64,000 bases of DNA from the human T2T-CHM13v2.0 reference genome, Homo sapiens. The stretch is from the NCBI RefSeq assembly GCF_009914755.1, contig NC_060933.1; one strand, written 5' to 3'. Shown one piece after another: positions 31,481-48,965 of the stretch (its first letter is position 1; the number at the start of each line of letters is the position of its first letter). The notes below the pieces were generated by a model. That model was not told the DNA's origin. It ran no database searches and was given only the letters and a program-made list of their open reading frames with translations. Made by a program: the position numbers and the translations under genes.

Positions 31481-32680
31481 AACTACTAAAATAATTTTGT
31501 GCTTCCAACCAACTAATTCAGCAAGCATCTCTGTTCTGCCATGTTCTTAAGTTGATCCCAATGGCCCTTCCTCCAGAAACAAGAGCAAGGCTATGTTGAG
31601 TGCCAGTGAGCACTGGTGGGTAGGAAGGTTAGTTCTTCTTCCTCTGTTTCTCATTTGCCATGGAGCCCCCATTGATCCGCACCTGGTCTTCAACATCATC
31701 ACCCATGTGAAGCTTTGCAAGGCACAGGGGGCCCAGATATCTCCCACAGGTCAATCTTGGGTAATTCTGGAAAGTCAGCCCCAAACGTTGCAACTGGAAA
31801 CAAAATTTTGTTTTAGAAAAATAAATCTGACATTGTAACTCCCCTACTGAGAACCCCTCTATGGCACCACATTGCTCTTAGGGAAAGTTGCAACTGTTTA
31901 AAATGGCCCATGAGGTTCTGCCACATCTGGCACCTGTTCACCTTGCTAGTCTCCACCTCCTAATTTCTTTTTTTAATTGAATTTTAAAATGTTTATCAAA
32001 GTACATGTATATGGTTTAGAGTCAAATAGCAGCATGAACTTACAACAAAAACAATAGTCTCCACTATGTCTTCAGTTTCCTCTCCCACAAGACAGCCACT
32101 TTACATGCGTTCACTGATATCTTCTGCTATTTACCTTTGTACTTCAAAACACTGGTTTATACTGCTAGTTTCACATTTTTAAAGAAAAATCTGTTGGCTT
32201 TCTAGTAAAAAAGAAGAGTATTTAGTTATCTTACACCACACCACACATATCCCCCTCTTCCCATCCTTCCAACATAGTTACATCACAATTTTTGTTGAGT
32301 ACTCAATATTTATATAAGAACTATATAAATATTGACCATAGCTGAGCCATGTAGTGTACTATTAATATATGCTTTTCTTGTATGATTTTTGTTTTTTTCC
32401 AGAGTTAATAATTGCTTCGTTTTTATCATTTGCTAGTTTTCACCCCAGTTTTTGCCTTTGCCTTTCTGTGGGATCTCATTTCCTGGATCCCATGCTTTTC
32501 TCTTTCTTGATTTTCTCCCTCATTTAGCTGTAGGCGTATGTCTTCCAGTAGCATCTTGAGAAGGAACACATAAGAACTAACTTTACTTTTTATCTTGCGT
32601 ATCTGAAAATGTGTTTATTCTACTCTTAGGGACAGTTAAATTATAGCTACATGAGCTTCAGTATTCTTGGTTGGAAATAG

Positions 32681-33249
<569 letters not shown>

Positions 33250-33502
33250 TGGAATGTTACCTTTCAATCCTGAAATTCAAGTCCTTCAATTCTGGGAAAT
33301 TTTCTTGTATTTTTTTTGATAATGTTCTCCTTTTTGCTTTCCCTTCTCTTTTTCTAGAACACTTATTAGCATCATGCTAGAACTCCTGAATTGATTTATT
33401 TCTTCTCTCTTTCTTGGTCTCTGATAGTTGGCTGTTGGACCTCCTGGATTGATTCTTTAATTTTCTCATACTTCATACCCTACTTAACAACAAATTTTCT
33501 TA

Positions 33503-33736
<234 letters not shown>

Positions 33737-34040
33737 CTAACTTCTGAGTTATCTGAACTTTATCTTCCAACCCTTTTGTGTTATCTCAACATTCCCTTAA
33801 GAAATATATACGTAACATTTAAATCTTATTTTATGACTGCAATGCCTTCTCGTATCTTTCAGGGGATGTTATTTATGGGTGTTTATTTAAATGTATTGTC
33901 TCTTTTTCCTCCTAGTTGCCTTTTTCTATTTTCCTGAATCTTTGGTCTCTGGCTTTCATTATAGAGTTTTCCACAAATATCTGGTGACTCTTGACTGCCT
34001 GTCATTCATGTTTAAAAGTGTGGTGTAAGAAGCTGACCGG

Positions 34041-34343
34041 GGCTGGGCGCAGTGGCTCACGCCTGTAATCTCAACACTTTGGGAGGCCAAGGCGGGTGGA
34101 TCACCTGAGGTCAGGAGTTCAAGACCAGCCTGGCCAACATGGCAAAACCCTGTCTCTAGTAAAAACTAAAAATATAAAAATTACCTGGGCATGGTGGCCC
34201 TTGCCTGTAGTCCCAGCTACGGGGGAGGCTGAGGCAGAAGAATCACTTGAACCCAGGCCAAGATCACACCACTGCACTCCAGCCTCGGCAGTAGAGGGAG
34301 ACTTCGTTTCAAAAAAACAAAAAACAAAAACAAACAAAAAAAA
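34041..34343 (+). mobile_element. AluSx-like with right-arm deletion
   Basis: Dimer lacking the ggcggaggttgcagtga segment. Confidence 0.9.
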
Positions 34344-34780
34344 GCAAGCTCTATGCACCTGGGTGGGGCCCAAGGGTGACCAGGCCGAGACTGGAGATTT
34401 CATTAGAGGGTTTCAAATCTCAAATCGTGGTCCCTGTAGACCTTGTCCCCATGCCAAGTGGTTTCCCCAGAAAAGAATTCTCTAGTCTCCTGACCTGGAG
34501 AGGGAGGGAGACATGGGAACAGCTTGAAGCCCAACTGCCCACATCCCGTAAACAGCGTGGGAAGACAAGGTGGGAATCCCACCCTTTAATTCTTTAATTT
34601 GTTTTCCTCCCAGTTTTAGTCTGGGTCTCACTCTTTCCTTTGCGAATGCCCCAAATCCTGAGTCGCCTCCAGTCAGCTTCTCAAAGAGTCGACTTCTTCT
34701 GCTGTGCTGGGAGGTATAGTTGGTCGCCTGGCTAAATGAGGCTTCAACCTGTCCGCTCCTGTCGCTCCCTCTCTCTGACC

Positions 34781-35076
<296 letters not shown>

Positions 35077-35269
35077 TTAAAATCTCCTGTCTGCTTTTGT
35101 CTCCTCTCCTCTTCTCTTTATTCTGTGGGTTTATACATTTTAAAATTCCACTAAAGTCCATTTTGGTGAGGTTTCAGGAGTGAATAGGAAAAACACATCT
35201 TCAACCAGCCATCTTATCTCACATTCCTGACATTTCTCCATGGTTTTCTTTGTGTGAGCAGCATCAGCT

Positions 35270-35470
35270 TCCTCTCCAGTTCTCAAGCATGCCAGCGTCG
35301 TCCTGCCTCTGTGCCTTTGTGTGTGCTGCCTCCCCTCCTGGAACATGCTCCCCTCCTTTCACCTGCTTGTCACCTGGCTCACAGTGACTTACCAGACATG
35401 TGTCAGCTTAAAAATCGCCCCTCAGAGAGGCTCCCCCAATCCCGGGCCTCCTGCCTACCTAAAGCAGTTC
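35270..35470 (+). mobile_element. L2 fragment
   Basis: ctgcctctgtgcctttg...cctggaacatgctccc...ccctcagagaggct. Confidence 0.6.
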
Positions 35471-36169
35471 TAGTGACTAACTTATCACACACCAGTGCTG
35501 CTGCTCCTGAATCTTCTGTGGCCCATTCTTTCCCTCTCAGACTCAGGCGGTTTTCAGAAAGAGATAGAGAAGCCAGGAGGGCTTCCTTCCCGGAGCCCAG
35601 AGCGCCCTGCGGGAAGCCCCTCGGGCCTGGGCCTAGTTTCACTCACCCTCTGCACCGATGCCTGGCTGCTGCCCTGAGTAGCTGAGCCCGTCCCTGGGAT
35701 CCCTTCCAACTGCTGGCCAAGAGCGAGAGGTCAGCTGAAACAAGGCCTTCTCTTTGTTCTCCCAGCCTCCCCAGGCATCCTGGATCTTTTCATTGCACTC
35801 TCTTTTTCTCTGTTCCTGTCACTCTCTGTGTGTCTCTCTCTATCTCTGTTTCAGTGTCTCTCTCCCTGGCTCTGTTTTCTCCTCTCCTCCTTCTCCCCAC
35901 CTGCCTTCTCTTCTCCCATTCTCTCTCTTCTTTTCTGTCCACCCACCTCATTTCCCCTTTGTCTGTCTCCATGTTCCTCCCACGCCCTCCCTGGCTCTGG
36001 CTCTGAGGATCCCTCTCTCTCTCTCCCTGGCACCCATGCACTCAGAAGGCACCTCCGCCTCCTTCCACTGCCTCTCTTCAGGTGCATGGCTGCCAGGGCC
36101 TTCCTGCAGTGAGGCCCAGGTGTAGTGTGGCCCGGTGGCCGGCCGGACCGCCTGCTGTCTCACACCCTT

Positions 36170-36430
36170 GTAAGGTTACTATTTATCTAGTGCAACCGAA
36201 GTTGGCGCACACATCTGGGGCCTGGTACTTAGTGCAATTATTTATGATTTCCACCAAGATTTAAAAGCTCATCGCCGGCCTTGTAATGCAGTAACTGATT
36301 GCGCTGCTAATGTAATTAAGAAAAGATTATGATGTCCACGTGGCGTACCAGATGGTGGCATTCATAGTAATCGGCGTGCACAACTGGCAGACAACTGCAC
36401 AAGGGCAGCCGAGCGGAGGCAGCTGGAGAC
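36170..36430. promoter_or_regulatory. Candidate enhancer / conserved non-coding element
   Basis: Non-repetitive with retained CpGs. Six E-boxes (CATCTG 36212, CACGTG 36337, CAGATG 36349, CAACTG 36381 and 36392, CAGCTG 36420) and homeodomain sites (TTTATGA 36241, TAATTA 36313). Motif evidence only. Confidence 0.45.
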
Positions 36431-36699
36431 CAGCATCTTCCTCCAGTCACTCAGGAAGGAGAGGAGGCTGCTGGGAGTGCTGGACAGGGAAGGGTGGGGA
36501 GGGGAAGGGGAGGAGGAGAACCCAAAAGGAGAGGAGGGGTCCAGCTCCCCTGATCTGTGGCTCCGAAGTGGGTTCTGTTATTGCACACACACACATGCAC
36601 TCAAGGGCACATGCAGACACACACACATACACAGATGTCCATGAATAAGGGACTCTTGCCTTCGTGTATTCAAAAACTTAGACTGTCTCGTTGTGCTAA

Positions 36700-37020
36700 G
36701 CCTTGAAAATATATCAGTAAATAAAACAGTGATTCCCTTCCTTGTGGAGCTCAACAGATTAGAGAAGGAAAACCCATTGATCAAATAACCACAAGAATAC
36801 ATGAAAAGTTGAATTGCATTTAATGTTACAGAGAGAGGTGGGTTGTGTTATGATGGCTTCGTGGGGCGTTTGACTGGGTCGGGGAGTTCAGGGAAAGCTT
36901 CTCTGAGGAAATAACAACTGAGGTGTGATCTGAAGAATGAATAAGAGCTAACAGGTGATAAGAGAAAGGAAAGGTGTTTCAGCAGAGGGAGGATGTGCAA
37001 AGGCCCTGGGGTTAGGGCGG
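36700..37020 (-). mobile_element. L2 fragment
   Basis: ccttgtggagctcaacag...gggaaagcttctctgaggaaataacaactgag...gtgcaaaggccctgggg. Confidence 0.75.
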
Positions 37021-37029
37021 AGAGCACAG

Positions 37030-38450
<1,421 letters not shown>

Positions 38451-38779
38451 AAATTACAAAAGGGTCTGATATCGTAGAACCTTGGAGAGACTTGGCCTCA
38501 AAGACGCCATGTGTAAGGGAAAGTGGAAGTGGCACATGGGGCTTAAAACAAGGGGGTTGACTGAAGGCTGGTGGATAATGCTATCTACTCCTAGACCTCC
38601 TAACCCTACTCCTACACACAGAACACCCAGAACTCTAGTGTCTAGCCACAAGGCAAGAGGTCAGAGGGTTCCTCATTGGAGAAAGCCCCAGCAAAAAAGA
38701 CTACCTCATTCTAGCCCTACCTCATTTGGGGTCTTTGGCTCAACTACTCATGTATGCAAGGCTCCCAGTCAGCTTTTCA

Positions 38780-40190
38780 TTGCCTGCCTCTTAAATATAA
38801 ACAGATAACCAAGATAAAATAGAGAAATCAAGTGTATAAACAGAAAACGTGAACCCAGAGGAAATCAAGATAACATGCAAAGTAGAAGAGTATTTCAAAA
38901 GAATCAAATTAGTGTGCTCAGAAAAAGATGAAAAACTTGTAACTAGACGGTACTATACTGTCTATGAGAAAGGAACTATCAATAAGAAAGGACTCTGAGA
39001 AATTAAAAATTGAAATGCTGAAGTGAACAATTCAATAGAATTAAAAGATAAATTTAAGGGATTTTCCCAGGAGGTAAGATAAAGATAAAGGAGGCAGAAA
39101 ACACAAGAAGAAAATAAGAAACAAAATATTTATTTAAGGGTTTCAATAGTTGACTAATGGTAGATCCAGAAAAATTAATTTTAAAAGGGGGCGTGGAGGA
39201 AGAATTAACAAAGATATAATACAAGAAATTTTCTCACAGCTGAAGAATACAAGTCTACAGAATAGACAGAACCACTGAATGCTCAACAAAGATAAATGCA
39301 AAGTAATCAACATATAGATACACTGCCATGAAATGTCAGAACACTAAAAATAGGCAATATAAAAAGCTTCAAGAAAGAAAAATATGTCATACATAAAGGA
39401 TTAAGTACCAAAATGCCATCACATTTTTCAATAGTAGCATTGGATGCAATATTTTCAATATCATCAAAATTCTGAGAGAAATCATTTTCAACTGAATTTA
39501 TATGCCCAGCCAAACTGTTGATCAATGTGAGATTAAAAGAAATAGTCTCACAAAGTTTACCTCCAGTGCACTCTTTTTAAAGGAAATTATTTGAGAATGT
39601 GCTCCAGCAAAATGAGGGAGTAAACCAAGGAAAAGGATACATGGTATCCAAGAAACAATGGGCCAACCCAGAAAAACAGCAAAGAGAAATCTCAGAAGAG
39701 AAGCAATGCACAGAGCCAAGGAGGAGCCAGACCACATTGGAGATGGAGTCTCTGGAAAGGGAGAGTATAATAAAATATGGAATTGGATGGGAAGGCTGGA
39801 AACCAATGAAAATGTGATAATGGTAAATAGCACAAGGGGAAAAGGGCAGGTAGAAATTCCAGGTTGGGGTTGGGGGTGCGGAATGATATTAAAAAAATAA
39901 AATACAATCATAATACACTACTTGGCTCTCCAAAGGAACAGTATTTAAATAGTGTTTTTGGCGTGGAGGGGTATAAGCTAAAACCTCACCTATCACAGCA
40001 GGAATACAATGACTAATGAAAGATACATAATAAATCAAGAAACAGAATTTGAAGCATATTATTGCAAGTGATCAGACATACTGTAACTAGGAGCTGTAAA
40101 GGAGCTGAAATTCTGGGATGAGAACTAGGGATTCGGGGTGGATGTGGGCAGAGATCTATTTTTTTAACCAACGTATGTAATACACTGATG
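38780..40190 (+). mobile_element. HAL1/L1M ORF1-region remnant
   Basis: ORF1 C-terminal-like gtcatacataaagga (TYKG-like) and ccagccaaactg (PAKL), followed by gtgctccagcaaaatgagggagtaaaccaag. Confidence 0.7.
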
Positions 40191-40199
40191 TCTTTTTTA

Positions 40200-40700
40200 A
40201 ATGGCCTTTAACTCTGGTAGCAGGGTAGAACTCTGATTACAGGTGGTTAAGAATGGATTCAGGGAAACTGGTTAGGAGAGTATTGCAGCAGTACCGGCAG
40301 GAAACAAAGGTTTATTGGACTACATTTGTGGTTGGTGGAGATGGGGACAAGACGATGGAAAAAATGCCATTAGGAGATCAAATTGACAGGCCTAGCTGGT
40401 GGGTTGGGTGAAGGGATAGTGAGAAAGCTGGGGATCCAGGGAGGATGCCTAGTTTCCTGCTTGTGCATGTGGGTGGACAGTGAGGCCCCCCACTGAGAAT
40501 CCTAGTCAAGAATCAAGTTGTTAGGAGGAAGTAGTGGGCTCAGATGGAGACAGGTAGAGTTTAAGGTGCTTGGGAGGCATGGAGGACAAGACACTAGGCA
40601 GGAGGTTATAAACACAGCTCTGAGCTCCCATCACATATCCAGGGCTAGGCAACAAGCCTGTTAATGCAGGTGAGCTCTCCTAGGGAGGGACTGAGGACAC
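40200..40700 (-). mobile_element. L2 fragment
   Basis: gggaaactggttaggagagtattgcagcagt...aattgacaggcc...gggtggacagtg...cccactgag. Confidence 0.65.
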
Positions 40701-40863
40701 CAGAGAGAAGTAGTTGATGGTGTAAGGGTGACACTGGTCTCACATCAGATATATCCAGCACAGAGACCCGGACTGGTACAGATCTCAACATAGTCACACA
40801 GTCACAGCATCCTTACAGGCACACTTATAACTCAGACCCCCCAAGGATTAGCCATTACTTTAA

Positions 40864-41165
40864 TTTTTTTTTTTCAAGACAGGGTCTCACTCTGTCACCC
40901 AGGTTGGAGTGCAGTGGTGCGATCACAATTCACTGCAGGCTCTACCTCCCCGGCCCAATCCATCCATCCACCTCAGCCTCCTCAGTAGCTGGGACTACAG
41001 GTGCATGCTACCACACCCAGCTAGTTATTTTTTATTTTAACTTTTTGTAGACACGTGTTCTCACTATGTTACCCAGGCTGGTCTCAAATTCCTGGGCTCA
41101 AGTGATTCACCCACCATGGCTCCCCAAAGCACTAAGATTACAGTCATGAGCCACTGTGCCTGGCC
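40864..41165 (-). mobile_element. AluJ
   Basis: acagggtctcactctgtcaccc...cctgggctcaagtgattc. Confidence 0.92.
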
Positions 41166-41788
41166 TAATATTAAAATAAGATAGTTCAAGAGCACTCATC
41201 CTCATGCTGTGGAAGACCTCCTCCAATATTTCTATTCTTGGTTTGCAGGAAGACTCTCCTGAGTCAGATCACACTGCAGCTACACTCAGCACAAGCCCCA
41301 GCCCCTAACTGTGGCCCCGACTTCCAACTTTGGCTGATTGTACCCACATACCCACCCCATTTATTTTCCCCAAATGGCACCAGCAAAGGTTGTTGTGTGT
41401 AGCAGACTTCTATTAAAAATTTGGGACAGTTACAGTATACAACGGAAGCAAATTAAAACTCAGTATCAGGCATCATCATTTCTAGAAATGTATCAGCTGT
41501 ACCGCACCATAGGGAATTCTGTACTGGCCATGACTTTGCATGGAATCCCTCCCTTGCTCCCTGTTAGGGTCCTCTTCATTCCCTCTGGCCTTTCCTCCCA
41601 TCTCCCTTTGTCTTGTCTCTGCATCCTCCATCCCCTGCCTCCCAGGCTGACCCCAGAAATTATGCGAGAAATTCAGCTCTCTCTTTGTTCTCCCTCACCT
41701 TGCAGACCTTGCCAGGCCACTTACAACACCCAAGGGGGCCAACAATTTATTTCACAAAACAAAGAGCTATCTCTCATGAGATGAATGA

Positions 41789-42150
<362 letters not shown>

Positions 42151-42623
42151 TGGCCATTCTCTGAAAAGCACCCCTCACATACACTCATGTGCAGGCATGT
42201 ACATTTACTTTTACATTTGCTTATGTGCACACATGTTCATACTTGCATATACACACTCATGTGCACACGTTCACACTTATACACACTTGGACATGCAGAT
42301 GGGCTAAAGGCTTTTCACAGTGAGCATCTAGGGGTAGATGGAAATCACCCACTCAGGTTAACCCCACCCCTAGTGCGAGTGTGTGCATGCACGTGTCTGT
42401 GCGTACACTGGCTCTCTGCTGCTTTACGCACTGAGCTGTCTTAAGGGAGTCTGCTTCTGAACCCGTGCCTGTCACCTGGGGAAAGGTCTCTCCTCTGCCC
42501 AGCAGCTAGAACCGAGCTGGTGAGCCTGAGTTGGCTGGGACTGTGCTGGGGTCTAAAACATGGCTCTGTCACAATGTCACAGAGGCGGCCTCACCCCGGG
42601 CAAACAAGCCAGGAATGGGGGGC

Positions 42624-43422
<799 letters not shown>

Positions 43423-44229
43423 GGTGCCCCGAGGTGCTGCCAGCTCTTGGAGGCCAGAGATCAGGATAGGGTGAGGTCCTGGGAGGTGTTGCCTCCAGCG
43501 GGACTCAAGTTCGGGCCTCTCTGGGTCACTGCCCTGCAGCTATGTGGGGAGCTCGCAAAGACTAAGGAGAAAGGTTCTGCCCAGGTTGCCAGAGAGCAGG
43601 GGCTTTCCGGGACTGCGTGGTGTCTCCGGGAGTAGGAGGCTCTGGAGAAGGAGTTAGGCCTGATCATGAAGCAGCCCCTCTCCAGAGGCCACTCCTGCAG
43701 GAAGAGAAGCTGGAGGCCAGGGACCCGCTTTCAGGAACAGCAGCCATGAGCCCCTGGGTCTGTGGCTGAGGAAGGGGCAAACCCTGCCATCCTACCGTCT
43801 GCCTTTGGAAGGGATTCCAGGTTCTTTAGCTGATGATAGCCAAGCCCCCAGCCTCAGAGGAGAGCCAGTCAATCCCAGCTTGTGTTAATTGCCAGACCGG
43901 GCAACTCAGATTCAGGTCTGTGCCAGCCATCTCTGGACCCCACGCCAGAGCAACTGTCCAGCAAGCACCAATGAGCCTGTGTAGGGGGCAGCAAGGGACA
44001 GGAAGCCCAGACCCATCTGGGATTGCTACAGAAAAGGGGATCCTCTGGGGCCCATGAATCATCCAGCCATGTTCCTGGACCTCCTGAATGGAAAATTCCA
44101 GGGCATCTTCAACCTTAGTTCCTCACACGCTTGGATGAGATCCTAAGTGTCGCTCTTGACTTTGTGCTCATAATTCCAGCAGAACCCATGGTTCTCCTGG
44201 GCTGTGGCAGTCCAGTATAATCTCAAGAA

Positions 44230-44370
44230 ATGACCTTGGACGAATGTCTTGAGTTCTGTAGTCCTCAGTCTCTTTCTCTGTGAAATGGATCATGTAATAG
44301 TTATCAACCTCACAGTGCTGTTGTAAGGATTAGGTGAAATAATGAGTATTAGCTTCCTGGAATAAAGCAC
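44230..44370 (+). mobile_element. MIR
   Basis: tgaccttggac...cctcagtctct...ctgtgaaatgg...gttgtaaggattaggtgaaataatg. Confidence 0.75.
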
Positions 44371-45308
44371 AAGAAAAGACTTCTTTTTAAAAAATCTTTT
44401 AAAGTGCAGGGACCAAATTTCTGGATCACATTCTGGCCCATCACCATCTGATGCCCACCAAGCACTGGCTATCCTAAGAAAGCGAGTACTCTGGGCCATC
44501 CAGAATTTTCTGGGTTTTGCAAATTTTCCAACTCCACTTCCCTGTTGATAAAAGTTCTCAAAAATGGGTGGAGAATCCTAGAAATCCCATCTAAGGATTT
44601 ATCTATGAATGCTAAAGGACAAGAGAGCAAGAGTGGTGTTTATTATGGTGAAAATGGAAAATTCCATGGCCAATAGCAAAGGTATCATTAAATATATAAA
44701 ATGGGTTTGCTGACTAAAATGTTATGCATTGATATAAAGGTATTTATACATTTTCTGAAAATTATGACAATTTATCTGTATGGAAATAGAAATATGTTCA
44801 TGATATATTAAAAAACTCATTATTTAAAACTATTGTTAAATAATTATGTATGTAACATATAATACACACATTTTGATGTATATATGTGTGTTTATGTCAG
44901 ATACACACAAATATCTTAGATTTATGCACACGTATACATATACACATATACATATAATTTATATTTTAAAACATGTATACGTGTATATCTGTGTGTGTGT
45001 GTGTATGAATCTATATACACAGAAAATGGAAAAACAATCTGGAATTAAATAGACCAAAAAGTTAGTGATTGAAATGGTTATTACTGATTAGTGGAATTTC
45101 AGATGCCTTTTATTTTCTTCTTTATAGCTTTATGCATTGTCTGAAAAACATGCAATATGTATATACTAGTCTTTTTCACAATGTTAAAACATTTTACACA
45201 CACAGTATTGACGATGTCATAAAATATCATGAAACTACCAATCAACTTAAGACATATGTTACTTTTCTTGAGAGGAAAATTAGTTTAAGTTATTTTTTAA
45301 AATATGTG

Positions 45309-45975
45309 TTCCATGTCTTTGCTATTGCCAACAGCACTGCAATGAACATATGCATGCATGTGTTTTTTTAATAGAATGATTTATACTTCTTTGGGTATAT
45401 ACCCAATAATGGGATTGCTGAGTGAAATGGTATTTGTGTCTTTAGGTCTTTGAGAAATTGCCACACTGTCTTCCACAATGGTTGAACTAATTTACACTCC
45501 CACCAACGGTGTATAATCACTAGTCACAATAGCAAAGACATGGAATCAACATAAATGCCTACCAATAATAGACTGGATAAAGAAAATGTGGTACATATAC
45601 ATCATGGAATACTATGCAGCCATAAAAAAGAATAAGATACTGTCCTTTGCAGGGACATGGATGGAGACAGAGGCCATTATCCTTAGCAAACTAACACAGG
45701 AACAGAAAACCAAATACTGCATCTTCTCACTTATAAGTGGGAGCTAAATGATGAGAACACATGGACACATAGGGGGGAAATTAAACAAAATGGGGCTTTT
45801 CAGACGATGGAGGATGGAAAGAGGGAGAGGATCAGGAAAAATAACTAATGGGTACTAGGCTTAATAACTGGGTGATGAAATAGTCTGTACACCAAACCCC
45901 CATGACACAAGTTTACCTGTGTAATAAACCTGCACTTGTACCCCTGAACTTAAAATAAAAGGTTTACAGAAAAGT
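45309..45975 (+). mobile_element. L1PA-type (older) 3' end with a 5' inversion
   Basis: 45309-45516 is antisense ORF2 3' sequence; 45517-45975 is the sense 3' end, ending cccctgaacttaaaataaaag. Confidence 0.9.
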
Positions 45976-46747
45976 TTTCTATTATTATTCAAATAATAAG
46001 AAATATATAAAAATAAAGTCTCTAGTTCACCTCAATTTTATTGAATTATGAAATTTTATTGAAAAACTTTAAAATGTAATATGAAAAACTGGAAAATAGA
46101 TACCATATTTTTGGAGGGAAAGGCTTAATATAAAATGTCAATTCTCCCAACAGTAATGTATAAATGTAATGAATTATATTATAGTACCATTATAACTCAT
46201 TATAATGAGTTACATTATAATACCATCTGATTATAGAACCATTTTTAATTGGATGAAATGATAATAAAGTTCATGTAAAAGAATAATGTCTAAGAATGGC
46301 CAAAAAAAATTTAAAGGGAAATATCTTGCCTTGCCTTATAGATATTAAAATATACTATAAAGCCACTAGAATCCAACAACATGGTATTGGCATAGAATTA
46401 GTGGATTCACAGAAAGCTTTGGAACAGAATAAAGAACCCAGAAATATGTCCTAGTATGAAAATTTAATACATAATAAATACTTTACCTCATTAAGAAAAA
46501 AATTAATAAATAATGCTAGCAAAAAGCAGCTGTTTGATTGTAAGAAAATGAAGTTGGATCCTTCAAACCAACACAAATTTAAACTCCAATGGGTTAATAA
46601 GACTTAAATATAAAAACAAAACATAAAACCTTAGAAAAAAATTTAGGTGAATACATGTATAATGCAGTGTGTAGGGGGCACTTTTACCTGTGACAAGAAA
46701 CCTAGAATCTATAAAGAAATAATCGTTTTTGACTACATAAAATTTAA

Positions 46748-47682
46748 TCTCATCCAGTTAATTTTTATTTCAGATATTGTATTTTTTGGTTCTAGAATTC
46801 CCATTTGCTCATTTGTATAGTCTATTTCCAACTGAAGTTTTCTGTTTAATCATTCATTGCTAGTATATTTTTCTTCATGTCCTTGAGCATAGTTATAACA
46901 GCTACTTTTAAATTCTTGTCTCTTAATTCTAACATCTAGGTCACATTAAGGTTATTCTCCATTGATTGCCTTTTCTATTAATATGGCTCACATTTTGCCG
47001 TTTCTTCATATATCTAGTAGTTTTGGATTGTATCCTGGACACTGTCAATGATAAGTTGTAGAGACTCTGGATTTTATTATGTTCTTCTGAGTGTCGGCTT
47101 TTTATTTTAGCAGGCAGTTAACTTGGCTGAACTCAAACTTCAAAGTCTCCCCTCTGGTAGACAGCAGCTGAAATCTCTGTTCAGTTATTTTAGCCACAGT
47201 TAGGATTCCAGGAGCCTCCCAGATGAATTCACAGTTCAGAAAACAGCCTGAAGTTTGGGTGGAGAATTCGGAACATATCCTCCATGGAGTTCTCCTTCCC
47301 GGAATTTCCTCCTTTACTTTTCAATTTCTGTGGAAGTCCCAGATTCTGCCCTGTGATTCCTTAACAAGTAAGAATGCAGATTTCTATCCAACTTTTAACT
47401 GACTTATGTGGTGCTATGTGGGCCCCGCAGGGCAGTGACCCAGGGAGGCCTGAATTTGATGGCAGCCAAGCCTCCGGCCTCAGAGGGGAGCCAGTCATAT
47501 AAAATATAAAAATAAGAAACACTGTCATTCCCTTCTTAGAAATGTCAGATGTTATAAGTTCTGTCTGGTTTGGGTCACTTTTAGTGCCCCCACCTAGCCT
47601 TTTGTCCAGAATTTATAATTGCTATCTGTGGGAGAGATTGTCTTTTACAAGGTACTCTGTCATTATTGGAAGTACAACTCTC
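46748..47682 (-). mobile_element. L1ME-type 5'-end fragment (5'UTR/ORF1 start) flanked by an 18-bp direct repeat
   Basis: Antisense L1M 5' text (ttgagcatagttataacagctacttt, ggattgtatcctggacact). Flanks tgactacataaaatttaa (46730-46747) / tgactacatacaatttaa (47683-47700). Confidence 0.7.
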
Positions 47683-47699
47683 TGACTACATACAATTTA

Positions 47700-48012
<313 letters not shown>

Positions 48013-48618
48013 ATTTTAAACATTTTTAGATGGCTAAATGTTCCCATAAACAAAGCTAAAAGACAAGCACTGAATTTGGGGAAAACATATTCGCAACGCC
48101 TACGACGGAGAAAGAGTTAATTTTTAGCTCTTACAAATTGTTAAGCAAAAGACAAAGCATCCAATAGAAAAATATTCCCAGGATATGAATAGGCTCAGAG
48201 AAGAGTAAACCCAAATGGCCAATAAACATATGGCTCAACCTCCTAGTACTCAGGGAAATGCAAATTAAAGTAACAATGAGGTAGCACTTCTCACCCATCA
48301 TACTGGCAACAATTCAAAAGAATGTTAACACCTACTACTGATGAGAGTGATAGGAAAAGTATATTTTCATACACTGCTGGTTCAAATGAGAACTGATACT
48401 GCCTTTTTGGAAAGCAATATGGAACAAATCTATTTTAAAGATCTAAGTATACATAGGCTTCAACCCAACAATCCCACTCATAAGAAATTTGTCCCAGAAA
48501 TAAACAAAAGCACTCAGATGTAGGAATATATAAAGGTGTTAATGTCACAATATTTGTAGTGGCCAAAGAGCCAGAAAGAATCTGTCAATAGAAAAGGGTT
48601 TAAATAATTATACGGTCA

Positions 48619-48965
<347 letters not shown>

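Noticed and set aside
35560-35720. Possible CpG-island promoter
   Set aside because: The CpG-containing stretch is short and sparse; no extended island is visible anywhere in the window
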